Below, in pieces: positions 46,087-56,950 of a stretch of 64,000 bases of DNA. Each line of letters starts with the position of its first letter. The first letter of the stretch is position 1. The notes beneath the pieces are model-generated. The model had not been told where the DNA came from, ran no database searches, and worked only from the letters and a program-made list of their open reading frames with translations. The translations under genes were made by a program, and so were the position numbers. This DNA is from Williopsis jadinii (Eukaryota). The stretch spans positions 3,224,001 through 3,288,000 of the forward strand of contig AP024664.1 of NCBI GenBank assembly GCA_024346625.1. Direction: 5' to 3'.

Positions 46087-47166
46087 ATGAACCCAGCTAA
46101 TATTTTTTTGTCACTTTTGTCCATTTCGACTGCAGTTCAAGCTGCTTTTAACGTTCCAACCGCCAAAGTTGTTAGAGGAACCGACTTCCCCTACGGTGTT
46201 GAATTGAGTGTTGGTGCCCAAAAGTCAGTTGTTAAATTGGACAATACTGTTGGTGATATTCTCCTTACCAAGGATTCCGGTTTTGACATTGTTAATTTGA
46301 TTGAAGGTTTGAACAAGGATGTCAGCGTTGATTTTGAAAATTTTGGGAAGAACTTCAAAGAAGGCCTGAACAAGATCAACAACCTCATCTGGGGTAAAGA
46401 GTCGATCTCCTTTGGCGGTTCAGATATCACTTACAAGGATGTTGTTATAGGTGCTACTGCTGATTCGAAGGAGTCTTCCATTTTTGGACTGGCAAATCCA
46501 TTCACCGTTGGTACAAATGACACCAGATTTTGGGATATTGTTCAAGAACTTGGCGGATCACCATCATTCTCCTTTGGTCTTTCAACCGCACCTTCCAACG
46601 AGGAACTTGAAGGATGGTTGACCTTTGGCGGTGTTGCTAGCAGTTTGTTTGAAAACTTGACGACGATCCCTCTTATTGGTGAGGATCAAACATTGCAAGT
46701 TGCCCTCTCTGCCGTGAAAGTATTAACTGGAAAGGAGGAGTTGACCCGCTTGACCAATGTTACTTATAGAGCCGAGTTCAACCTTGGTGTGAAGCTTTCC
46801 ACTTTGCCATTGGGACTGTTGAAGGATATCCTGTATCAGTTAGGCTACGTCGAATTGACAACCGATGCGGCTGGTCTGTTTATCGTTGGATGCGATGAGC
46901 TTCAGTCGTTTGAGTACGAATTCAACGAACTGGTCTCGATCACCGTTCCAATCCGTCAAATTAGCACCCAAAATGACGATGGAACTTGTTCCCTCGCGAT
47001 CATTCCAATCGATGACGACGCAGACACCGTCACCATTGCAGGGAGCTTGTTAGGCTTGATCTACTTTTCAGTTGACTTCCGTGAGGGTGACATCAGCGTT
47101 GGCCAGGCAATCTTCCCTGGCATTGTTGCTGACCCACACTTTGAGGTTACCCCGCTGTCACCATGA
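46087..47166 (+). CDS. Secreted pepsin/yapsin-fold protein with degenerate catalytic motifs
   Basis: Signal peptide; YGVELSVG, KLDNTVGD, IFGL, LTFGGV, EFNLGVKLSTLP, C-terminal Cys pair, DISVGQA. Confidence 0.8.
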   Translation: MNPANIFLSLLSISTAVQAAFNVPTAKVVRGTDFPYGVELSVGAQKSVVKLDNTVGDILLTKDSGFDIVNLIEGLNKDVSVDFENFGKNFKEGLNKINNLIWGKESISFGGSDITYKDVVIGATADSKESSIFGLANPFTVGTNDTRFWDIVQELGGSPSFSFGLSTAPSNEELEGWLTFGGVASSLFENLTTIPLIGEDQTLQVALSAVKVLTGKEELTRLTNVTYRAEFNLGVKLSTLPLGLLKDILYQLGYVELTTDAAGLFIVGCDELQSFEYEFNELVSITVPIRQISTQNDDGTCSLAIIPIDDDADTVTIAGSLLGLIYFSVDFREGDISVGQAIFPGIVADPHFEVTPLSP

Positions 47167-48622
47167 ACGTGTTGTATAGATATTTTTACAATGTTGTGTA
47201 TATAAATGTGATATCGAAGACCTAAGCTCTAAGCCCACATGCCACTCTCACCTTCAAAACCACGTACTCAAGTGCAAGACTGAAATGGCACCAGGAGACT
47301 TTGTTTCCCTGTTAAAAGCGAAGAGAACGCATAGCCGAAAAGGGAAGTTTGCAAACAGAGAACGAACACCGCAAAACCCAAAAAAAGAACAGTCCCTCTC
47401 TGTTCGGGAAAACGATTCGTGACACAGAACCACAATAACACGGAAAAGTACGGCTGTGTCCTGGTGGATAAGAAAATTCCAGCCATGTGTTCATTTCGCC
47501 ATTGGGCAACAATTTATAGCCGAGACAGGGAATTTTGCGCAAGATGATTCATACATTTGCGCAAACTTGCGCAAAAAAAGAAAAAACACGAACGAAAAAA
47601 AGTGAAAAAGAAAAAACTTCAACACCAGCGCAGGAAAAACATAAAAAAAAGGTTGAGCCAACGCTTTTCTTTCCTTGATGATACCTTTGAACCCATCTTC
47701 AACAACCCCCAACCCCCAACCCCCTTTTTTCTTTTATTAAAAATCTCACAGTAGATTTCCTTGTTAAAAGACTGTTATAACTTTGTGTTAGTTAAACTTG
47801 GTCTGAGGAGATTATACGGATTTTTTTAATCAAAAAGGAAAAAAAACACACACACAAACACAACCCGTCTTTTAAAGTACCGGGAAAGGAAGACAACTGT
47901 TCATTTGTCCTTTTGTCCCTTAGTCTTTGTTTCATTTTCTTGTGCTATTTCCTTGTCAGGCTTGCTCTACGAGTTTGGAGCACTGTACAAGTCCGAAGAA
48001 GGTGTCAATATCACCACCGAGACGAGTTTTTCACCTCGACAAGGTTGCCGATATCAACTCCTGGCCCACGCTTTTAAGTGTTCCCACACAGAACAAAACA
48101 AGAGGAACCCTACAGACCAAGTCATCAAGGACAGAAGCGTTATACATACACGTCTTCTTCTCAGAGTGCCAGGTTACTGTATATTCATTCCAGCACTGTT
48201 GTTCGTGAAGTAATCCTCTCATTGAAAAGTGGTGCACATTTGTTTGTCAGCTAAAAGACCCTACGCAACACGCAAAAAAACGAAATTTTTTTTCGTGATT
48301 GAAAAGCAAAGTACAAAGAGGCAAAGCAACAACAACAGCAAAATACAACAAGGACATAAAGAAATTACGAGTGTGATTTTAGAAAGTGATCTATACTGCT
48401 TTCTTGATTTCATTTATCGTTGTTGAGGTATAGGACTTACTTATTGAAGTTCTAATATCTGTTTCTTTCGAGTTTCTTTGGTTCTTCCATTATAGGCGAG
48501 CTTTTTGTTAAGTTATCGCTTATCTGAAACGGTTGTTCTTGGACTTCCCTCAGACTTTTTCTTCCTTTTTATTTTATTCTTTCTTTTCTATAGAAGTTGA
48601 ACGTTGAATAAGAGACACCATC

Positions 48623-49762
48623 ATGTCTGCAGTCTACGGATATCAGCCATTTGGTGGTCGTTCCCATGTTCAATCTCACTCCTATTCCCATTCCTTTGAG
48701 TTGCCACAGTACCAACAGGTTGGCCCACCACCTATGTACTTGCCTCCACCACAACACCAGTTTGGTGGCCAGTACAACAACTACACCATGGGACCATCAC
48801 TCCATCAGCAGCAGCAACAGCACATGTTTTATGGTGCATGCGGGGCTCCTATGCCTGTCCCAGTTGCTGTTCCTGTTCCGGCCCCACAAGACCAAGATGC
48901 AGTCACCGGTGGTGTCAGTCCAGTGTTGGATTATGACTTGGACATCATGACCAAGTTTGTTGCTTACTTGTCGCACAGACTCTTTGGAAGACACGATACT
49001 GAGAACCCACGTTTTGTCGGTCAAATGAAGGCCGTGTTGGGTGCAGTTCGTTTGCCAAAATCTTCAATGATGTTGGCTTGTTACTACTTGCTTGACAGAT
49101 ATGAGAAGGATTCTATCCTTTTCAACTCGTCATCAGATGAGTTGCTCTACGAGATCACTGTTCTGGCTCTTGCCCTCGCCAACAAGGCTAACGATGACCA
49201 CACTTTCATCAACAAGTCGTGGTCCCAGGCAACTGGTCTCTCTATCATGCGTATCAACAGCTTGGAGGCCACTTGGTTAGCAATGATTGAGTGGAAATTG
49301 CACAAGATTGATATGACACGTTTCAACGAACTCACTGCTCAGTTTGACAAATACACAATTAACATCAACAAGCACCAGGAACAGATTCAACTGCAACAAC
49401 AACAGCAGCAACAACAACAACAGTTTGCAGCTATGTCTGCTGCAAGAGCCACTCCAGGCAACTATCATTACAGTGTTCAAGAGCCAGTTTCTCCCGTGTC
49501 CATGAACTCCGAGTCCTCTCCAATATACAACTCAGGTATCACCCACCAATCTCCTTGGGCTTATCAACAGTTGTATAACAACGCTGGATTTGGTAGCTAC
49601 GGTCACCAGAAGAGTTATTCTTGGCAAGTTGATCAGTTTGAACCAAGTTATTATTGTTCAAAAACTGGTCTTCAACACAAGAGCCAATTCTGTTCTTGTA
49701 CCTACTGCTCATCTTCGGTTAGAGGAGTTGAATGGAACTCAAGATTGGGTACCGCTTGTTGA
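48623..49762 (+). CDS. CLG1: Pho85 cyclin Clg1-like
   Basis: GGVSPVLDYDLDIM, LALANKANDDHTFINKSW cyclin box; adjacent to KIP3 as in S. cerevisiae. Confidence 0.85.
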   Translation: MSAVYGYQPFGGRSHVQSHSYSHSFELPQYQQVGPPPMYLPPPQHQFGGQYNNYTMGPSLHQQQQQHMFYGACGAPMPVPVAVPVPAPQDQDAVTGGVSPVLDYDLDIMTKFVAYLSHRLFGRHDTENPRFVGQMKAVLGAVRLPKSSMMLACYYLLDRYEKDSILFNSSSDELLYEITVLALALANKANDDHTFINKSWSQATGLSIMRINSLEATWLAMIEWKLHKIDMTRFNELTAQFDKYTININKHQEQIQLQQQQQQQQQQFAAMSAARATPGNYHYSVQEPVSPVSMNSESSPIYNSGITHQSPWAYQQLYNNAGFGSYGHQKSYSWQVDQFEPSYYCSKTGLQHKSQFCSCTYCSSSVRGVEWNSRLGTAC

Positions 49763-50303
49763 TTGTTATTCATCCTATTTGTCTACACTATACTACTAAT
49801 ACTTGCTTTCTTTCCAAAATATCTGAAAACAAAAAAAAAAAGTATTCTTATACACACATACATCAAAAGTTTTTTATGCTGCTTCTTGTGACTTCACTCT
49901 TTTATTTTTTATGCTTTTCTGGTTTATTCATCTCTCTGTGTTTGGTTTGTTTGTCGATTTTGATTCCACTTAACTGTTGGAGTTTCCTTTATCAACGAAC
50001 TTGACATATCTTGTCTTTTCTATATATGTTGTCGATCGTCTTTTACTTTTTTTCCAAGGTCGATGTCATCGTTATACTCAAACGAGGCTCTTTTTCTTTT
50101 TTTTTTCTACCTTGATATATTGCTAATACGACTACGGATCCATTTATTTGGTTAATTCATGGTCTAAACTGCTATTGCAACGTTTGTTATATAAAGTCAA
50201 TACAATTGGTCGGTGGATCTTTGATCATCGATCATGTTACATTTTTGTGTGAAATCATTGATATTGTAAATTAAACAATATTAGAAACGTATGTACGTAT
50301 ATC

Positions 50304-52832
50304 TCAATGATCGTTGTCGTCCATATGGAAGTCATCGTTCACGCGAACAGGGGCACCAAGCCGTGAAGTCCCAGCCGTGGTACTGATGGAAGGCGTGAAT
50401 GGCGTTCCAGTCAACGATCTTCTCGAATTCGCAGAAGATGGTTTGAGAGTCTTGGAGGTTAATGATTTCCTCTTATTCCTTTGTGAAAACACTTGTTCCA
50501 ATTCAGACAAGCTCTGATTGATGGACTCATCTACGCTAGAGTCCTTATTCGCTGTCGTCAAGTAGTCTTCGGTTGGGTTAGCAATATCGTCCATAGTCTC
50601 ATCAGAATCTTCGACATTGTCGTCGTCATTGTCAATAATACTGGCTGATGCATTTGGAACGTCCCACCGAACCTTCTTTACAACCTTTTGTTTTGTAGGT
50701 AAAGGCGAGCTTGTTTTGGTAATGCGACTTACACCTGAGGGCTTGACCAAAGAAAGACGCGATGAAGGCGATAACCTGAAAGGAGACGATGCTCTAGCTT
50801 TATTAAGCCTTCTGATTGGCGAGGTCGGAATGACAGTATCGGCGCTGAGATCGTTGTGAAGTTCACTAGAAAAGTTCTCAAACTTTTCATCAATCTTGAG
50901 TATCTGGTCAATGCAATCACGGAATGACTTGTAGAAATTCCGTACTGTCTCTTGTAATGTAGATTTTGACAATTCTAAATCGGTTGAATAGCTCTGGTTG
51001 TGTATGTGCATCATTGCTTGAAACAATGTAGAAGTAGTGAATTTGAAGTTGCTCATAAAATGCTCACCATTAACAATTCTGTCCTGTAAAATTGAAGCGT
51101 TGTAAAGTATTGTTTTCTCCACCGAGTCCTTGATGAGCGCCACCGACGTTTCAAGTGTCAGCTTGTCGTATTCAGTCCATCCTTCAAGTTCGGACATCTT
51201 TCTCATTGCTGCATCTGTTGAACTTGCTAAAACATAATCGAGCTCACTCTCTTGTTCATAAAGATATTCCAATTCAGTTATCTTTGCGTCAATTTTGGCC
51301 AACAACTCCACTATTAATTCAATGATCTGTTTGAGTTCCGGTGATACTGCAACTTCTTGAGAGAATGTGATATACTGCTTGAGTTCCATACGTTGTTCTA
51401 GCAAAAGCCTTCTCTTACACAAAATGAGTGATTTTTTGATCTTCAAGTTCTGGAACTTCTTTGAGTTCAGATTATTCTTGATGGTATCAAGCAGCTCAAG
51501 TATACCTATTGTTACCCTTTGTGCCTTCACTTTGTAACGTTCTACAGCCTCATCAATCTTTAAACCTTCCCTGTTTCTCAACTCTTCAATTTCCTGTTTC
51601 TGTTCGGTGATCATTTTCAAATATGACCCAACATGCCTGTTCAAACTGTGTTGGTTTCGGATAACTTTAGTTTTGATCTGTTTGGCACGATCAGCGTACT
51701 TCAAAGTGTTCAACGTCTCATCATAATGATGACTTGATGGACTTACACAAACAATCATGACCGTTTTACAATTCCCTCCGAGAGAAAACTTTAATAACCT
51801 TGTTAACTTTGAATCCCTATACGGAACATGATTTCTTCGTCTCGGATCACATAATGCATTGATGCAATTACCCAAAGCCAAGAGTGATTTGTTGATATTT
51901 GCACCTTCATGGAGTCTTTCGCCACGGTTCTTGGTTGCAGCGGCCCTTTCACTTCCTGCAAGATCGATAATGGAGAGTGTTGCGAATGTATGATCCTCTT
52001 GTATATCTGCTGTTCTGTTTCGCTGAATGACATTGATCTGGAGAACTGCGTGCGATCTTGACGAAGTAGCGTTGGCTTCTGTTGGAGAGCAAGTACGGTT
52101 ACCGTTGCCAATAATGATCATATCCATGACGTCTTGCACAGAACTTGGTGTGTGAGATGAAAGATTAGAGACCGTGATTCTATTGTTTGCATCTTCACGT
52201 AGAGTTAACAACTTACCTGTGTTTGGCTCCATCAAATCCCTTATAGTCTCGTTATAAATCTCCAAGTAGGACAAGGAAACGTCAATGTGCTTTGTGTCTT
52301 TCAACTCCTCAATCCTTTCAAAGAGTTCCTTCATGGTGAGAAAGATGATTCCTGGTTGATCCATAGTTCCACTGATTGTATGGGTTTTACCACAACCAGT
52401 AGCTCCATAAGCAAATACAGTTGCGTTAAAGCCATCCAACACGCTATCCAACAATGGTCTAGCCGTTTCCTCATAGACTGTCTGTTGCGACGAGTCTTCA
52501 TCGAATAACTTGTCAAATACAAATCGATGCTCTTTGTACCTTACAGATGTTCGTTGGAACGTGTTCTTTGGTAGTGTAGCCAGAGGATTCCCATGTGGTG
52601 GATCAAATATCAACATCCTGTCATCTACAACATCAACAATCTTTCGGAGCCCCTTTGGCCCGTATCGCTTGTGTGCATAGCTATTCTCCTTTCCTGCTAT
52701 ACTCTTGAGGCTTAAAGAACCATCACCTAAGAATATGTTATCCTGTTGATATGTCACCAAATGGGAAGATTCAGCAGATGTGAACGGTCTGACACGAACA
52801 GATACTGTGATGGAGGACTCTCTTTGCGCCAT
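50304..52832 (-). CDS. KIP3: Kinesin-8 motor
   Basis: YGATGCGKT, SSRSHA, DLAGSE, HVPYRDSKLTRLLKFSLGGNC. Confidence 0.96.
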   Translation of the reverse strand: MAQRESSITVSVRVRPFTSAESSHLVTYQQDNIFLGDGSLSLKSIAGKENSYAHKRYGPKGLRKIVDVVDDRMLIFDPPHGNPLATLPKNTFQRTSVRYKEHRFVFDKLFDEDSSQQTVYEETARPLLDSVLDGFNATVFAYGATGCGKTHTISGTMDQPGIIFLTMKELFERIEELKDTKHIDVSLSYLEIYNETIRDLMEPNTGKLLTLREDANNRITVSNLSSHTPSSVQDVMDMIIIGNGNRTCSPTEANATSSRSHAVLQINVIQRNRTADIQEDHTFATLSIIDLAGSERAAATKNRGERLHEGANINKSLLALGNCINALCDPRRRNHVPYRDSKLTRLLKFSLGGNCKTVMIVCVSPSSHHYDETLNTLKYADRAKQIKTKVIRNQHSLNRHVGSYLKMITEQKQEIEELRNREGLKIDEAVERYKVKAQRVTIGILELLDTIKNNLNSKKFQNLKIKKSLILCKRRLLLEQRMELKQYITFSQEVAVSPELKQIIELIVELLAKIDAKITELEYLYEQESELDYVLASSTDAAMRKMSELEGWTEYDKLTLETSVALIKDSVEKTILYNASILQDRIVNGEHFMSNFKFTTSTLFQAMMHIHNQSYSTDLELSKSTLQETVRNFYKSFRDCIDQILKIDEKFENFSSELHNDLSADTVIPTSPIRRLNKARASSPFRLSPSSRLSLVKPSGVSRITKTSSPLPTKQKVVKKVRWDVPNASASIIDNDDDNVEDSDETMDDIANPTEDYLTTANKDSSVDESINQSLSELEQVFSQRNKRKSLTSKTLKPSSANSRRSLTGTPFTPSISTTAGTSRLGAPVRVNDDFHMDDNDH

Positions 52833-53098
52833 CTTGACTCGTGGAGGAGTAGATCGTGTGGTTCTCCTTTCAGTTGCTGTGTTTGTGTGTATATGTATTT
52901 GAGACCCTTTCGATGACCTGTCAAGAGATCACCCTAAAGAGAAGTTGAAGAACAAAGATAAAAAGATTGGATGAAGATGTACACAGAAGATATCGGTAAT
53001 ATGGTGTAATGTATACACACAACAGGACCAAATAAGCTTGGAAACTGTTTCTTTGTTGTGTTGTTCTTCCACTCAATATTCGTTTCAAGTGATGATCG

Positions 53099-53114
53099 CG
53101 CGAAAAGTAAACAA
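53099..53114. promoter_or_regulatory. SCB/MCB-like and forkhead sites upstream of KIP3
   Basis: CGCGAAA 53099-53105, GTAAACAA 53107-53114. Confidence 0.55.
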
Positions 53115-53283
53115 AGAAACAAAAACAAACAAAAACAAGAGGCTTATATAAGCATATGTGTATTGCTGACGTAATCGAGGATGATGTACGCAGAGGGCAC
53201 TTTTACCACTCGGGGAGTATTCATCTACATTGGGCATCCAATTGCTCCATATATTGCTGAGTAAGTAACAATGAAGAGAGTTA

Positions 53284-54342
53284 TCAGAAGTTGGAGCGAC
53301 TGTACAAGAGATGAGCTGCCGGGAGGAGATCATCAACGTTGAGGAGGTCGATGCCCAAATCCAAGAGATCTTCCCAAATTGCATTTCTGTGAGAATCCGG
53401 GGAGCCTGGTGTTGACCAGATTCTTGTTAGGATTCCTTCATTATGTGCCTTTTCAAATGCCAGTCTAATTCTTTCCCTTTCTATGTCACTGAGGCCACCG
53501 AGCTTCACTAATTCGAGCTCAGTACCGGTGATTTTTGAGAATGAGGAGGAAGATGTGATGGCAATTGTATTCAACTTCTCGGTGTTTCCGTAATAGTCAA
53601 GACGTGCCTGTAGAGCAGATAGATCATCTAATGGTGCATCTACAAACACATTTCTCACTTTCAGTCCGGCAATTTGTTCAACTGGGAAAGTAATTGGAAG
53701 TGCACCGGTCATAACGATCGTCAGCGGACCGTAGTACCATTCCCCAGTCTCAGTGTTAAACGTTGTCAGATAGCCTTTCTTCTGAAAGGATTCCAGAACC
53801 TTTTGCAATTTGTTAAAAACTCTGACTGGCTCATTCTTGGCATCGATTTGCCAGAATAGGGTGCTTCCTGGATCAGATGGATAAAACCCATTTGGATGTT
53901 CACCGTCTTGAAGATCTTGATTGACTTCATCCAAAATTTGGAGTAAAGGATCAACGTACATATCTTTCAAGTTTCTCTCTTTGGTCAATACCCAGGCATC
54001 ATGACCCACGAGCAGAGTGTCGTCAGATGGGTCCAGAGACCAAACATCTGATTCAATTGATGCAGCGCCGATAAGCAGTGCATCATAGACAGGGTCATCT
54101 CTATTTTCATCGTTATGCGAATGAATTGGCAAGCGAGGTTTTTCCTGGGCAACGTACGAATAATCACGTTTCAACAAGCTGTTGTTCAATTGAGGTCTAG
54201 AAACAGTTGATATCAAGAGCTTAGTAGTGGTGAAATATGTCAAAGTGACAACACTAACGAGTGCTAACATGAATTTAGTAGATCTCATCATCGCAGAGGC
54301 CTTTGCCTTTGACAAAGTGCCCTGAGAACTAGTGTTTGTCAT
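53284..54342 (-). CDS. AIM6: Aim6-like PLC-like phosphodiesterase with an N-terminal TM segment
   Basis: IHSHND...ALLIGAASIESDVW, LLVGH, LLNVDDL. Confidence 0.8.
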   Translation of the reverse strand: MTNTSSQGTLSKAKASAMMRSTKFMLALVSVVTLTYFTTTKLLISTVSRPQLNNSLLKRDYSYVAQEKPRLPIHSHNDENRDDPVYDALLIGAASIESDVWSLDPSDDTLLVGHDAWVLTKERNLKDMYVDPLLQILDEVNQDLQDGEHPNGFYPSDPGSTLFWQIDAKNEPVRVFNKLQKVLESFQKKGYLTTFNTETGEWYYGPLTIVMTGALPITFPVEQIAGLKVRNVFVDAPLDDLSALQARLDYYGNTEKLNTIAITSSSSFSKITGTELELVKLGGLSDIERERIRLAFEKAHNEGILTRIWSTPGSPDSHRNAIWEDLLDLGIDLLNVDDLLPAAHLLYSRSNF

Positions 54343-56950
54343 CTATTTGGATTTTAGGCAAACTTGTTCCCAAATGTAACGTTGTGACGAGTACTTCCAG
54401 TTACCTCTACTATGACCTAAGCCACCCTTTTATATAAACATTAATGAGTAGCTGATCTCGAGTGAAATAATTTGAAATGCCTGTCACTCAAGCGTACAAG
54501 GTTTTAGCGAAGCTCGTGGTTGTTGTTGTTGCTGAGCACGTTGCTTGAGCCAAAAACTATCGATAGTTGCCAGTTCAGCAGTTTGAGGTCTGGAAAAGCA
54601 CAAAAATTTTTGGAGTTTGATGCTTCAATAAAGTGCTTGAGTTGAATGCTCAAATTTAGGCCTCGAGCAGTAACTTTCCACACCGTCATCATGGTTGAAG
54701 GAAGTCAACTGGTGTCTGAGCGACGATATTCACACTCCAGCGAGCCAGTGATGGTTTGAACCACGTGTATCGCCAACTGATCTTTCATTAATGATTTGCA
54801 AATGACTGTGCAAACCATGGGAGATGAGCTGCATTTATTTTAATACTAGCCCAGGTATGTAGTGGTATTCGCACCATGTTGCAATTATGGGTTCTCTTTG
54901 CATGATACTTTCTGATACACACCTGTCTCATGCATGGTGGTGCTTCCTACAGTACGAAGTAGTTTGTCTACCAAGAAAAGACGGCACAGTAATTACATAA
55001 TGGGCGTGTCTATACTGTATAAGCCATCTGTTTACAGCCCCCTCATTGACGAATCTTCGCTCGCTCTATTCCCAAAGCGTTGGGGACTTTCCTGTAGGTT
55101 TGTTACAGGTAAACACCGCAATTCAACAAAAAAAATCGGCTCCATGAGAATTTGGAGGAGTAGAGAGAGAGTGTGGGTTAGAATCTCACATCGGGGTGTT
55201 TCCCCCGATGCTTAGGTGTATAAATAAACGAGTAACGAACCCATTCCCAACCGTCTGCCTTCGAAGTTAGATATGTGCAGTTTTAGTCTGTGGAAACGTC
55301 AGAGATTCAACAATGCTTTAAACTACGCGGTGAGGCAACAGAAATTACGGACACCGATGTTGAAAGACATTAACAGGCAATAGGAAGCTCCCACGCAAGG
55401 ATATGTGTCAATTGGCACCTTAAGGACGAACATCAGCCCGCTCCAAGGACACACCGTCTACAGAAGTTACAACCAAAAACGCACCAATTATTATACCACC
55501 AAAACAGAAAAAAGGGTGTCAATTCCCGTGGGCCTCGGATGGTCACCTCTGATCTCGGTGTAATGGTTCTACTGAGCGGTGGAAGATGTGATCAAAGATT
55601 GGTCACTTGCCAACAGCCAAGCATGCAATGACGTTAGTCCAAGTGACCTCTTATGCACGTATGGGCTCCACACTTTAGCTGCTTATACTGTTTCCTGTTA
55701 GATTTCAAGGCCTATGCTTTATAATGTTGTTGCTTATACAACGACAGACGTGTGTGTGGATTCGTTATGTTTTTCCCACGCCCCTCTCGCTAGTGAAGGA
55801 AAACCTTGTCCCCGGGAGCTGCGCACAAACAACGCTGGGACCACGGTGCTCCCTCTGGCGCTCATGGGCTCTCCCTCAGCCGTAACAACCTGAACAGCTT
55901 CCAAGCTCGGGGCGCTCGGCTGGAGGGGACAAAAAGGTCGGAAGAGTATCAGAGAGAGAGACACCTTTTCGGAACCGAACGGCTGTGACGTGATTACGCT
56001 ATGCCCCGTCGAAAGCACACGCTTAGGGAACAGAGGTGAGCCATTCCCAGATTCCCAGATCCCACACCGGCTTCGTGCCTGCGCGTGTGTTCCAATCTCC
56101 CCGTGTGTAAGCTGTGAACAGACACCGTTGCGGATCGTGCCGTCATTACTGTGGAAACAAATGGGAACCCTAAACACGCAAGACACACAGTAAGCCAGAA
56201 ACACGAAAAAAGAAAGAAAAAGCGAAAAAAAAACATCGCGGATTAACTGCCCAGTGAGCACCAGCCTGTGAGGTTGGATGAGGCACTTCACCACCTCTTT
56301 GATACCAGCGTTGATGCTCTACGCTCTACGATCTACGCTCCACGCTCCTTCTCTCCCCACTGCGACCACCTAAACCGAATCATCACCCCACCATTATTAA
56401 GCGCAGCAGAAGCCAGGGACCCCACATACATCCGCCAATTGTTACCATTGGTCAAACCGTTTTAGACCTACAATGGCACCCTATTTTTCTTGTGTCTGAT
56501 TTGTGGGGGGTGGGGCATGGCCTTTTTGTGGCCCGCTTGTTCATTTTTCCATGTTTTGATATTTCCTTTGGTGCTTTTCCCCATTGCAACTTCTACCGTT
56601 GAGCCAAAACATTTACCGCGTGTGCGCGCGCAATTCACCACCGGCTCCAGCTCAGACGATGGCAAGGGAAGGGAAATGGTCCGGCCCTTGGCCCTGGGGA
56701 TCAGGCAGAAGGAGCCCCACCAACCGCGCTAGGCTCCGAAGATTGGCTCTGTGGTGCGCGTACCAGGTGTGTTTTGGCGGTTTGGGCTCCAAAAAAGTGA
56801 TGACCATATGCGTCTGTTGTTGGCAGCGTCATTTTGGGTATATAAGTGGACGTCTTTCTCTCTCCTTGAGGACGGCAGTTGGCGAACCCCTTTCCTTCCC
56901 TTCTTCCTCTCTTGCAAGACACTAAAAGAAGAATCATAAACTCATACACA

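Noticed and set aside
48420..48593. 5'UTR intron before CLG1 (pyrimidine tract ending in TAG)
   Set aside because: No consensus donor or CTAAC branch point at the usual distance.
55734..56294. 186-aa minus-strand ORF upstream of CIT1
   Set aside because: GTG start, crosses poly-T promoter tracts, no motif. Likely a chance ORF in GC-rich promoter DNA.
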